DNA of 64,000 bases from a virus. Taxonomy: Duplodnaviria; Caudoviricetes. The notes under the pieces were generated by a model. It made no database searches and was not told the origin of the DNA. It saw only the letters and a program-made list of their open reading frames with translations. The DNA lies in the IMG/VR virus record IMGVR_UViG_3300028410_000746. One strand, given 5' to 3'. Below are positions 34,413-43,666 of the stretch, piece after piece (position 1 is the first letter of the stretch; every line of letters begins with the position of its first letter). A program made the position numbers and the translations under genes.

Positions 34413-34413
34413 C

Positions 34414-35109
34414 TCAGTCGGTCGTGCCGAAGCCGCCCCGTGACTTCGCGTCGATCTCCTTGAGGAGACGAGGGATCAGCTCGGGGCGGCTTGCCGGTAC
34501 GAAGACCGCCTGCACCATCCCCACGTCCTTCTTGAAGATCAGGTCAGGCTCCTCCACCTCCGTAAAGACGTCATAGGCCCCGTAACCATCATCGGAGACC
34601 TTGACGTACTTGGAGGTTGCATCCATCGCAGCACCAAACGCGTCAAAAGCCTGCGCCGTGAGAGGCTTGTTCTTCAGGGGACGATCGAGCACGAGGTTTC
34701 CCACGAACTTGAGCTTGGGCTGATCACGCTCAAGGTGAAGCTTGATCGTGTCCGTCTGCCCCCGGAAGCTGGGGTCGATGACGCCCAGCGTGTTGCAGAT
34801 GCGCACGCTGTGTGCCCTCTTGGTGCCCATGCTCGAACGGGGAACCATGAGCATAAACAGAGGCACAGGCGTCTGAAGGATCACGCCCGTGTCGATCTCA
34901 CGTCGGCAACCATGCGGCAAGTAAATGTCTTTCGGAGCGTGGAGGTCGTAACCCACGTTGCCCGGCAGGGGAGGCTCGGGCGCCTTGACCCCCTTGGCCA
35001 CGTGCATCGAAACCCCAAAGCCCGTGAGGAGAGACTCAAGCCCCTCCAAACCCACAAGAGATGTGATCGGGTCCTGCTGGCCTTCGTCGCTCGTCTGATC
35101 GTCACTCAT
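34414..35109 (-). CDS. dut: Trimeric dUTPase with a large insertion
   Basis: GYDL, IDTG, PRSS, GVIDPSFRG, VQAVF, RGGFGTT. Confidence 0.9.
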   Translation of the reverse strand: MSDDQTSDEGQQDPITSLVGLEGLESLLTGFGVSMHVAKGVKAPEPPLPGNVGYDLHAPKDIYLPHGCRREIDTGVILQTPVPLFMLMVPRSSMGTKRAHSVRICNTLGVIDPSFRGQTDTIKLHLERDQPKLKFVGNLVLDRPLKNKPLTAQAFDAFGAAMDATSKYVKVSDDGYGAYDVFTEVEEPDLIFKKDVGMVQAVFVPASRPELIPRLLKEIDAKSRGGFGTTD

Positions 35110-35555
35110 AGTCTCTCCAGTACCTTCTTGGTGATGCGTTGGGCTTCTTGCCGGTGGTACGCATCAGCGTCTAAACTCTTGTCCGTGTCCGAGTAGGGGA
35201 CATACGGGTAATGCTGAACATAGTCCAACTTCGCGGCAGGCTCAACCCCGATGTAGACCACAGCGCGATACATCTCCGGACAGTGGCCGTTGCTCTCGTG
35301 ACGATACAGGGTGGCATGCCCCGCGTCCCCCACATACGCTGCGACCTTGCGCGTCACCTGATCTGAGCGACCTCCAGCCACGAAGAGCACCGTTGAAGGG
35401 AACATCGCCCCACGGCGAACCTTGGACGCTGCCTTCAGGGACTTCAACTTAGACTTGCCTTTGCGAAGCTTCGCCCCACGGCCTATGCCATTCGGCGGTC
35501 CCAGCTTCGTCGCAGGAAGCGCCCTCTTGGGCGGACCGACGTTGTACTTCGACAT
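35106..35555 (-). CDS. Basic hypothetical protein
   Basis: Lys/Arg-rich N-terminus; ATGA overlap. Confidence 0.75.
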   Translation of the reverse strand: MSKYNVGPPKRALPATKLGPPNGIGRGAKLRKGKSKLKSLKAASKVRRGAMFPSTVLFVAGGRSDQVTRKVAAYVGDAGHATLYRHESNGHCPEMYRAVVYIGVEPAAKLDYVQHYPYVPYSDTDKSLDADAYHRQEAQRITKKVLERL

Positions 35556-35609
35556 GATAGACCTCCTTGGACAGCTATCTCGGCACCGTACCTCAAGACC
35601 TGGGGTGGG

Positions 35610-35945
35610 TCAAAGGAGATCATCGCGCTCGAAAGGATTTCGTAGGCGAACGGGCTCATGAAGGTTCTCCCCCTCATGACCATGAGGGACCAGGATGCGA
35701 TCCACCACCGCTTGGGTCGTGTAGGAGGTGAGCGTTGACCGATTCTTGTCCGTCAAGAAGCCACTCGCTGTCCACTGCTCGACCAGGAAGTAGTCGCACG
35801 AGTACGGCGAAACCCCCGACTCTCGGAGTGAGGACAGGAGCGTAGAGGTCACGCAGTGCTCCGCTGCGGCGCGCGTCGTATGAAGCGCCACCGCCGTCCG
35901 ATGCCCTCCCACAGATACCACAACTACATAGACAAACTCGGTCAC
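35610..35945 (-). CDS. Hypothetical protein
   Basis: GTG start overlapping the upstream TGA. Confidence 0.6.
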   Translation of the reverse strand: MTEFVYVVVVSVGGHRTAVALHTTRAAAEHCVTSTLLSSLRESGVSPYSCDYFLVEQWTASGFLTDKNRSTLTSYTTQAVVDRILVPHGHEGENLHEPVRLRNPFERDDLL

Positions 35946-36193
35946 AACAAGCCCTCCTGAGCGCGCAAGAGCATCCGCTCCATCCGACGACCCGCCCAGT
36001 GGTACATGATGCTCAAGATGTAAGACAGCGCCGGGTAGAGAGTATCCACCAGACGCGACAGAGCCACCTCGCAAAGATCACCCTGGGGGGTCGCGTGAAT
36101 CTCCACGACGACCTCCCCGTCCTGGGACATGTGGCAGGAGACCTCCCAAACCGAAGGGAAAGCCCTCTTGATAGTCTGGGTCGGGTCGATCAC
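35942..36193 (-). CDS. Hypothetical protein
   Basis: GTGA coupling at both ends. Confidence 0.55.
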   Translation of the reverse strand: MIDPTQTIKRAFPSVWEVSCHMSQDGEVVVEIHATPQGDLCEVALSRLVDTLYPALSYILSIMYHWAGRRMERMLLRAQEGLL

Positions 36194-36405
36194 GGGGTCT
36201 CCCCCGGAAACTCGCGGTCGAGATCAACCTGAGACAGGATAGACAGGCGCCTACATGCCTCCTCCGGATTACTCGCGAAGTGACGGAGCGTCTTCTCTCG
36301 CGGGTCCTGAGACGCCACAGCACGTCTCAAGGCCTCGTCGTACAGACGGGCCCATCCACGCGTCTCGGCACGGTCCTTACGGCGCATGTGGCCCTTGAGA
36401 GACAT
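36190..36405 (-). CDS. Hypothetical protein
   Basis: Coupled ORF. Confidence 0.6.
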   Translation of the reverse strand: MSLKGHMRRKDRAETRGWARLYDEALRRAVASQDPREKTLRHFASNPEEACRRLSILSQVDLDREFPGETP

Positions 36406-36848
36406 CAGCGACCACCCTTCGCCTTGATCAGCTCTCCGCCCGAGATGCGCATGGCCTCCGTACCTCGGATACCGGGCATCATCAGATCCTGGAAGGCCGG
36501 GTCAATCGACGCGAGCGCGATGTCCCAGATCAGGTCGATCACGGTCCCGGCAGTCACGTATAGAGGTTGGAAGTTGTGCATCGTCGACTTGATGTCCCGG
36601 AAGATCTCGCGACCGCCACGGGTCTTGAGAATGAGCACGAACTGACGCACAGGGACCGTGATCTTCTCCGGCTTACTGAACTCCATCGGGAAGCGGATCT
36701 GAACCCTCTTGTCCCCCGCCGTGATCTTGGGACTCGGGTGGAAGCCCCAACCCTCGATCTCAACGTAGACGTCTTGCCCCTCAATCATACGCTGCAAGAC
36801 CTCTTGCTCGTTGTCATTGAGGGGGATGTATCTGATATCAGCTCTCAT
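36405..36848 (-). CDS. Hypothetical protein
   Basis: Coupled ORF. Confidence 0.8.
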   Translation of the reverse strand: MRADIRYIPLNDNEQEVLQRMIEGQDVYVEIEGWGFHPSPKITAGDKRVQIRFPMEFSKPEKITVPVRQFVLILKTRGGREIFRDIKSTMHNFQPLYVTAGTVIDLIWDIALASIDPAFQDLMMPGIRGTEAMRISGGELIKAKGGR

Positions 36849-36881
36849 TGTACTACCTCGCTTGCTGCTGCTGCACAGGGC

Positions 36882-37379
36882 TCAATCTTCGAGCACTGTG
36901 ATCTTGTAGGCGCGCGCGCGGCCATCACGGCCCGAGCGCACGTGGAAGGAGACCCTCATGCCCTTGGTGAGCATGACGTGATCCGAGCCCGACACATCCG
37001 TGAAGTGAGCGAACGCGTCCGCCTTACCCTCACGCTGAATGAAGCCGTACCCCTTCTCATCATTGAAAAACTTGACCTCGCCTACCTCCTCCTCCAATCC
37101 GGGAGGATTCACGCGCGAGACCTCGATGGCTTGCCAACCCTTACGGCCTTCCACGCCCTTGAAGAGAACGTCTTCACCCTCGATGAGGATGTCTTGGCCT
37201 TCGGGAAGGTCCGTGACGTGGACGAAGTAGTCCGTGCCGTCCTTCTCGATGAAGCCAAAGCCCTTGGTATAGTTGAAGAATTTGACTCGACCTTGCATCT
37301 CACTCACGATATTCACCTCGGTCCACGACTGGGAGTCTTGTGCGGGTTGGTCCGTGATCACCAGATATAAGCGAATCAT
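36882..37379 (-). CDS. Tandem cold-shock domain protein
   Basis: Two CSDs: GRVKFFNYTKGFGFI...FVH and GEVKFFNDEKGYGFI...FAH; may start at 37298. Confidence 0.92.
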   Translation of the reverse strand: MIRLYLVITDQPAQDSQSWTEVNIVSEMQGRVKFFNYTKGFGFIEKDGTDYFVHVTDLPEGQDILIEGEDVLFKGVEGRKGWQAIEVSRVNPPGLEEEVGEVKFFNDEKGYGFIQREGKADAFAHFTDVSGSDHVMLTKGMRVSFHVRSGRDGRARAYKITVLED

Positions 37380-37404
37380 CAGGGGCCCCCGTAACCAGAC
37401 CGCA

Positions 37405-37755
37405 TCAGGAGGACTCTTCCCCCTGGTCGCCCGTATCGGGCCGGAGAGCGAAGAGAAAGTCTGCCACGGCTACAGACGCGAGGAACTGTGATCGAAGCCA
37501 GGAGAGGCGCGCTGAGAAGGCCTCACCATCCAAAGCATCCAGCTCGCCAGTGCGACGAAGACGCAAGCCCAGCCAGAAGTTCATTTCGATGGCCATGTGC
37601 AGGGTCTCAACCCGGTTGAGCATCAGGGACGAGGCCTCTCCCACCTCCTCCGCCATCCTGGAGAGTGACGCGAGAGCCTGAAGCCCTTGACCAACCTCCT
37701 CGGAGGTTTGATCTCTCGAACGGGTGCGGCGGTAGGGACGTCTACGAGACATCAA
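37405..37755 (-). CDS. Hypothetical protein
   Basis: ATGA-coupled. Confidence 0.7.
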   Translation of the reverse strand: MMSRRRPYRRTRSRDQTSEEVGQGLQALASLSRMAEEVGEASSLMLNRVETLHMAIEMNFWLGLRLRRTGELDALDGEAFSARLSWLRSQFLASVAVADFLFALRPDTGDQGEESS

Positions 37756-38069
37756 TCATCCTCCGAAGGCTTCAGAACTGGGGTCTGGGGTTGCTGCCCG
37801 TTGGCTTCCCGGTGACGATCGTTGTACTGCTGAACGTGCGCCAGGAACTCGGCGTTCTCCTCGATGAGGTCCTTGACCAGCGTGTCGTCTCGCATCGCGA
37901 AAGCGATGTAGTTCTCTTCGATGTTCATGCACCCCGAGCTGAGGTCCGAGCCACACTTCAAAAGCGCCGCACGTGAGACCGGATTACGAGCCATGATGCT
38001 GTACACCAGCGACTCCTCCATATACTCCAGGCCACAGCGACCCTGCACAAACCAAAAACACGCCATCAT
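37752..38069 (-). CDS. Hypothetical protein
   Basis: ATG ORF. Confidence 0.65.
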   Translation of the reverse strand: MMACFWFVQGRCGLEYMEESLVYSIMARNPVSRAALLKCGSDLSSGCMNIEENYIAFAMRDDTLVKDLIEENAEFLAHVQQYNDRHREANGQQPQTPVLKPSEDD

Positions 38070-38099
38070 CCACCTCGCTCAACTTGATTCGGTCTTGGG

Positions 38100-39620
38100 T
38101 CAGTCGTCATCATCGTCATCGTCCTCGTCCTCGTCGTACTCATCGTACTTACTGTACTTATTCCTCGGACCATCGTACGCGTCGTACGCGTCGTACTCAT
38201 CTCCATCCACGAGGGCGACACCCTCAGGACGGTAATCCGAAGGGCGCCACGAGTCTCCGAACGTGATGTCACGCTCGTTGAAGACGATATCCCCGGCCTT
38301 CCAATCAACCGGGAGTTCGTCCAGCTTGACGCGGCGCAAGACCTCTCGAACATGAGCACCAGAGAGCTTCAAGTTGAGCGCCATCTGAACGATGATTTGA
38401 GTCTGGTCCGTGCTCAGGGTGACCCCTTCCAGGGTCCCCAGATACTGGATCACACGACCCATGACGTGAGGGGGAGGCGGCTTGATGTGCCAGATCTCGT
38501 CGAACCGGCCGGGCCTCTTGAGGGCATCCGGGAGACGATTCAGATCGTTGGTCGTCGCGAGCAGGAGAGGCACCGTCGTGGACGTCTCCTCGAAGAGGTC
38601 GAGCAGCTCCTCCAACTTGCGTCCCATCCGGTCGATGTCGTCGATGAGCACGACGTCGGGAGCGATCAGCACAAGCGCGTCCATGAAGTAGCTGATACTG
38701 TTAGCCTTCAAGATCGCGTTCGTTGGCACGTAGAGAACACGACGATCCGTAACCTCCATGCCCAGATGGCGCGCCAGGGTCGACTTGCCCATGCCCGGAT
38801 CACCGTGGAGGATCACGAAGCGACGCATCCCAATCGACAGGGCACGCTTCCAACGCTCCACCAGCTTGAGCCCGAAATCGCCTTCGTACTTCCACAGGGG
38901 CCGATCCGCCTCGCGGAACGCGAACTCACGCTGCTCCGACCACTGCATGACGATCTCGCGACCCTTGCTGTCCCACAGGAGCGCGGAGAGGGCCCGACGA
39001 ACATGAGCGATGTCGTGATCCTGGGAACACACCAGCTCCGAGTAGTCGAACGACTCACGAAACCAATAGACGTCTACCACCGCGTTGGGGACCGGCTCGC
39101 CAGCCTCATTCGTGAGAGGCTCCTCTCCCGGCAAGGGCTTCAGCTCCAACGGGTACGAATACAGCGTGGGCCCCTTGCGCTTCTGGTCCGAGGAGGGAGA
39201 AGACTCGACCTCCACGATGTGGTCAGCGTCCAGGAGGTTCACGAACAGGTGCGTCACCGAATCCTGAGTCAACAGGTGCGACGTCTCCTTGATCTCCTTG
39301 AACATGCGGAGAGCAGGAGCCACCGTAATGCGGTCGAAATCGTAGAGCGTTTCCGCAACCTTGAAGCCCGCATGGAGCCACGTCAACGGGTTCTCTTTCT
39401 TGAGGCCCGCGCCGATCTTGAACAGACGCTCGCCCTTGCGAACCGCCTCCTTCACGTCCCGACGGTTGTAGAATTCGCGCGCCCTCTTCGCCCCATTCTT
39501 GACACTCTCGCGCACCTCAGCCACCACAGAGGTGCTCTCCCCGCCCTCGGGGTCCGGGACATAAGAGGAACCCCCCGGTGAGGACTTGGGCCCGATCTTC
39601 TCGAAGTCATTTTCACTCAT
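38100..39620 (-). CDS. AAA+ ATPase with acidic tail
   Basis: GDPGMGKS, VLIDDID, ATTN, LKRPGRFDE. Confidence 0.9.
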   Translation of the reverse strand: MSENDFEKIGPKSSPGGSSYVPDPEGGESTSVVAEVRESVKNGAKRAREFYNRRDVKEAVRKGERLFKIGAGLKKENPLTWLHAGFKVAETLYDFDRITVAPALRMFKEIKETSHLLTQDSVTHLFVNLLDADHIVEVESSPSSDQKRKGPTLYSYPLELKPLPGEEPLTNEAGEPVPNAVVDVYWFRESFDYSELVCSQDHDIAHVRRALSALLWDSKGREIVMQWSEQREFAFREADRPLWKYEGDFGLKLVERWKRALSIGMRRFVILHGDPGMGKSTLARHLGMEVTDRRVLYVPTNAILKANSISYFMDALVLIAPDVVLIDDIDRMGRKLEELLDLFEETSTTVPLLLATTNDLNRLPDALKRPGRFDEIWHIKPPPPHVMGRVIQYLGTLEGVTLSTDQTQIIVQMALNLKLSGAHVREVLRRVKLDELPVDWKAGDIVFNERDITFGDSWRPSDYRPEGVALVDGDEYDAYDAYDGPRNKYSKYDEYDEDEDDDDDDD

Positions 39621-40489
39621 GTACTCTTGACCTTGGTAAAGGGGACGTAGCAGTAGCGGCAACTGGACGGGCACCCGAACTGGGGACCGTTGCAGGGGTC
39701 AATCGACAACTGACACGTGCATCCATTCTCAGGGATGAGCGTCGTATCCAGGCCGAACACGCGGTCGAGCCTAACACGGTCAATACAGCTAGTCGAGAAG
39801 CAATGCGCCTCATCATACCCCAAAGCCTGGAGCAACGCCAAGTCATCCGCGCAAACGCCTACGCGAATACCCTCCACAGAAGCCAGCTCCACCAGCAGTT
39901 TCAAGACCGCCTGCCGGGCCAAGGCCTCCTCGACCGGGGTTCCGGTCTCATTCTCGAAGGCATAGCCCTTGTCCCAGTGCGGAGACGGCTGCAAAAGGCT
40001 CACATCCACCTCGGTATGCCCCAAGGCCGTCATCTCACGACACAGCTCCGAGAAACGGCCCTGACGGCCCGCGTTGAAGAGGAAGTCGTTGGGCACCGGA
40101 CTGTAGCGCCACCGGGTCTTCTCGGTTCCCAAGACATCCACGAGAGCCTTGATGGCGTCGAGCTGCTCGACGTAGGGAGGAACTCTCGTCTCAACCTCCT
40201 CCCAGCCCGTGATGGTGAGCGCAGCAAAGACCCTGTAGTCCTTGAGCCAGGACGACAGGGCCTCGGTGAGCTTGGGGGGATACTTGGTCCAGAAGTAGAG
40301 CGAGTGGACCTGCTCCGGCGACGAATCCCACATGCCCAGCGTCAGACGGTCGGGGTCCGTCGCGAAGAACGGCTTGCCCGTCGTGATGATGTCCTTGAGC
40401 CACGGCATGTACCAGTGCGCCGTGTCGGTCCAACGGGACAAGGAAATAGGAAGGCCGCGCTCCAGGGTGCTCTTGAGCTGAAAAGACAT
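39617..40489 (-). CDS. DUF1848 family protein (radical-SAM/SPL-like)
   Basis: ISLSRWTD, FWTKYP, WRYSP, CIDR, CTCQLSIDP, CPSSCRYCY. Confidence 0.8.
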   Translation of the reverse strand: MSFQLKSTLERGLPISLSRWTDTAHWYMPWLKDIITTGKPFFATDPDRLTLGMWDSSPEQVHSLYFWTKYPPKLTEALSSWLKDYRVFAALTITGWEEVETRVPPYVEQLDAIKALVDVLGTEKTRWRYSPVPNDFLFNAGRQGRFSELCREMTALGHTEVDVSLLQPSPHWDKGYAFENETGTPVEEALARQAVLKLLVELASVEGIRVGVCADDLALLQALGYDEAHCFSTSCIDRVRLDRVFGLDTTLIPENGCTCQLSIDPCNGPQFGCPSSCRYCYVPFTKVKST

Positions 40490-40553
40490 CGTACCGCCTC
40501 ACTGATGGGTATTGACTACACCGGCAAGTGGTACCACAACAGATAAGAGGCTG

Positions 40554-42191
40554 TCAACCTCTACCACGCTGTTTGCGACGGCGGCGCTGGAGCTTTCGCT
40601 TTCGCTTGGTGCCGGGGAGGCGGCGGTAGCGACGGTCCTTACGCTTCTTGTCCCGACGCTTACCGGGACTACGCGAGTAGTCCCTGCGACGTGATCGGTT
40701 CTTCTGCCGGTTGCGAGGGTTGACGGGACGTGGCCCGTAATACTTGTTCCCCGAACCTATAGCGTCGACCTCCGAGTCCTCGTCTTCACCTTCGTCGTCA
40801 TACCACTCGTCGTCCAGGTCATCGTCCTCGTACTCATCGTCCCCGTACTCATCGTCGAAGTCGTCCTCGTCCTCGTACTCGTACTCGTACTCGTACTCCT
40901 CATCGTCCTCATCCCAATCCGAACCTTCGCTCCACTCCTCCCAATCCGCCGTACGATCACGGTCCCCCACAGACACGTCAGTGCCGGACGGAGACAGGTT
41001 GAAGCTGAACCCCTCATCCTTGACGTGATCCGGGTGTGTTCGTACCGGGTCATAGGGGATATCTTCAAAGAGGTCCGTCTCGTAGAAGGAAGCCGGATCA
41101 CTCAGAGCAGCCGCGTCCACGAAGTCATCCTCATGCTCGTGATCGTCGGGGATGAGGTACATCTCGTCCTGAGGCATGTATCCATCGTCTGCATCCTTCC
41201 ACCACGGCGCGCTGCCGAGGATAGCCGGCCGGCCCCTCTCCTCGCGATCCTTATCCAGGTAGGGGATGAAATCACACTGACCCGGCGTCGGCCGAGGAGG
41301 GTTCTCCTGTCCCGTCCACCAACAGGAGACCAGACGCGCCTCCTTGCGGCGAGAATCCACGGCGAACACGACCGTGAGTCCGATACGATTTGCCTCGAAG
41401 CGGACCGCCTCTCCGTACGCCAGATCAGACATGAGGCGCTGGTCTTTGGGCTTGATCTTGTCCGACTGCTTACGCGCAGCGAACCATCGTCCAAACTCGT
41501 TGAACGCTCCCTGTAGCTCCATCTCGGTCACGCCTCGCAGGTTCATCCTGTACTGCGCGTGGCTGGTGAGGAAGATCGAACGGAAGAGGTGAATCTTCTT
41601 GGCCGGGACCCTCTTGGGCTTGTAGATCTTGTCCGCGTCCGAGTTCGACAGGCTCTTGCCCTTCTCAATGTCCTCGACCAACTCCTGCTTGAGCTTGTCC
41701 GGGAGACGCTCTTGCTCAATGTCGCGGATGATGTGGCACGGTCCGCCTGGAAGGCCCAGAGGACCGGCTGCGTTGACCGCGCGCTCTACCGGAGACGTGT
41801 TCGAGTACGCCCACGCTCCAACCTCATCACGTCCCAGCGTATCAAAGCCTACCAGATGGGCATCCGTGTGCGACGGAAGCTCCACGTAATCCGTCACCAA
41901 CGCCCGGCCCTGACGACCTCGAAGGTCCTGACGAATGAGGCTGTAGACCTTCATCTTGGCAGCATACAGGGGCTCTACGGGGAGGTACACCGTCGCATTG
42001 GCGCGGTCCATTCGATCTACGACAGAGGCACGTACACCTACCGCCTCCCAGTTGGGTGCCGTCGCATGCCTGTCCGACAAGAGAGGAAGCACCACATCGC
42101 CTGGATCACGAGAATCACGCGACGTCGCGACCAAGGAGGCCTCCCCGTCCATGAGCAGAAAGTAGTAGTACGTCTTTTCACCGAATCGCAT
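40554..42191 (-). CDS. Multidomain protein with DUF4258/RelE-like module, acidic tract and basic tail
   Basis: IFLTSHAQYRMNLRGVT; EDDDLDDE-rich tract; RRRRK-rich end; start reassigned to ATG 42191. Confidence 0.7.
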   Translation of the reverse strand: MRFGEKTYYYFLLMDGEASLVATSRDSRDPGDVVLPLLSDRHATAPNWEAVGVRASVVDRMDRANATVYLPVEPLYAAKMKVYSLIRQDLRGRQGRALVTDYVELPSHTDAHLVGFDTLGRDEVGAWAYSNTSPVERAVNAAGPLGLPGGPCHIIRDIEQERLPDKLKQELVEDIEKGKSLSNSDADKIYKPKRVPAKKIHLFRSIFLTSHAQYRMNLRGVTEMELQGAFNEFGRWFAARKQSDKIKPKDQRLMSDLAYGEAVRFEANRIGLTVVFAVDSRRKEARLVSCWWTGQENPPRPTPGQCDFIPYLDKDREERGRPAILGSAPWWKDADDGYMPQDEMYLIPDDHEHEDDFVDAAALSDPASFYETDLFEDIPYDPVRTHPDHVKDEGFSFNLSPSGTDVSVGDRDRTADWEEWSEGSDWDEDDEEYEYEYEYEDEDDFDDEYGDDEYEDDDLDDEWYDDEGEDEDSEVDAIGSGNKYYGPRPVNPRNRQKNRSRRRDYSRSPGKRRDKKRKDRRYRRLPGTKRKRKLQRRRRKQRGRG

Positions 42192-42244
42192 GTGCAGAAC
42201 TCCAACGGGAGGAAGCGTGAACACCTCCGCACAACACAAAAAGA

Positions 42245-42772
42245 TTAAGCAACGTGCGGCTCGACGTAGGGCCTCCACGGCTCCGGGTAGCTCCGACCGG
42301 TCAGGTAGAGAGCGATGGGGTTCCCATGACGCGGACGTGTAGGCGTGCTCCGAAGCACCATACCCGCCTCCGAAGGCAAGCGGTTCCCCTTCGAGCGGTT
42401 GCAAGGCCCACACGAGGTCACGATGTTCGTCCAGCTCATCTTGCCGCCCCGACTGCGAGGCAAGACGTGATCGAACGTCAGATCACGCAGGCTCACCTCT
42501 CCGCGACGCATAGAAGCACCGCAATACTGACACTCGTAGTCATCCCGAGAGTAGATATTGGGACGCGAGAACCGAACCCCAGGCAAGTGGCGACGAAACC
42601 GCTTGAGGACCATTACCGCAGGTACGCGTACCGTAAGGGACGGCGAACGAACCAAACGGTCCTCATACTCGACCAGGACGTAAGCGTTCTGACGAAACAT
42701 GAGAGACAGCGCGTCCTTCCACGTCAGGAGGTCCAGGGGGCGGTAATCAGCGTTGAGAAGCAGGGTATCCAT
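42245..42772 (-). CDS. HNH endonuclease
   Basis: LLLNADYRPL, RDDYECQYCG, TFDHVLPRSRGG, SCGPCNRSKG. Confidence 0.92.
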   Translation of the reverse strand: MDTLLLNADYRPLDLLTWKDALSLMFRQNAYVLVEYEDRLVRSPSLTVRVPAVMVLKRFRRHLPGVRFSRPNIYSRDDYECQYCGASMRRGEVSLRDLTFDHVLPRSRGGKMSWTNIVTSCGPCNRSKGNRLPSEAGMVLRSTPTRPRHGNPIALYLTGRSYPEPWRPYVEPHVA

Positions 42773-42842
42773 GCGAGTCTCCGAGCCCAGACAATAGCCC
42801 CCACACAGGAGACAACCACATTATGCGAACCGACTCGGGGCC

Positions 42843-43322
42843 TTACGGTGTTCCAGATGCTCTCGGAAACAGGAAGCTCTCCAAGGCGGTGCCAAACGAC
42901 TTGGCCATCCCAGGCTCCGAATCACTCACGTACCCCACGACGCCCAGACTTAGGGGGCATAATGAGCCTCGGTAGAACACACGTGTAGGACGGGAGGGGT
43001 CAGGCTGAACGGTACGACCTCCAAGTTGAAGGCTCCAGCCCGTGCGAGGGTATATCTGTGAATTCGACCACGCCAAGTTTCGACCTGCAAACTGGCCCGG
43101 ACTCGTCACGTGCAGGAGACCAACCCCCATCCTGGACCTCAATCGGGAGACGAAGAAGGGAGCAACGTCCCCCTTGTAGGTCTCCCCTCGGATCAGATCC
43201 TCCAGAGCTTCTTCCCGTGCGCGGTCGAGCGCGAAGCTGGACTCTTTGAAGACGACCTGAACCAAACGTCGCTCGGAATGCAGCAGGTGAGACTTCCACC
43301 CCGTCCAACGGAGATGCTCCAT
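42843..43322 (-). CDS. Hypothetical protein
   Basis: ATG ORF. Confidence 0.6.
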   Translation of the reverse strand: MEHLRWTGWKSHLLHSERRLVQVVFKESSFALDRAREEALEDLIRGETYKGDVAPFFVSRLRSRMGVGLLHVTSPGQFAGRNLAWSNSQIYPRTGWSLQLGGRTVQPDPSRPTRVFYRGSLCPLSLGVVGYVSDSEPGMAKSFGTALESFLFPRASGTP

Positions 43323-43349
43323 GGGAATCGGAGCAACACCGTGTGCCCG

Positions 43350-43393
43350 GAAGACCTCACGAAGACCTCACGAAGACCTCCCAAAGACCTCCC
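43350..43393. repeat. Four tandem 11-bp direct repeats
   Basis: GAAGACCTCAC GAAGACCTCAC GAAGACCTCCC AAAGACCTCCC. Confidence 0.9.
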
Positions 43394-43666
43394 AACATCA
43401 AGGGCTTGAACAGGTACATCAAGCCTCCCCCAGAACGGACAGTTGACCCGTCACAGCTTCAGTAAGAGACCCTTCAAGCTCCGGCTCGCATAGAGTCAAG
43501 GAGCCGGACGGGATCGCCGCATGAGCCTGAAGGCGCTCTCGTGCCCCTGGATCACATACACAGCAAAACCAGCCTCCCCCTCCTACGCAACCTGGGTAAC
43601 TGTTATACATATGAGGTGTGTGTGTGTGCGACAGCGCAACCAACACCTGCGTCGCTCCAACAGCAT

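Noticed and set aside
38100-38215. TCGTC/TACTC-rich repeats here and at 40790-40910 and 61090-61115
   Set aside because: Explained by Asp/Glu/Tyr-rich protein tails, not independent DNA repeats
43419-43646. 75-aa ORF in the repeat-containing gap
   Set aside because: Built on a (CA)n run, atypical composition and no RBS
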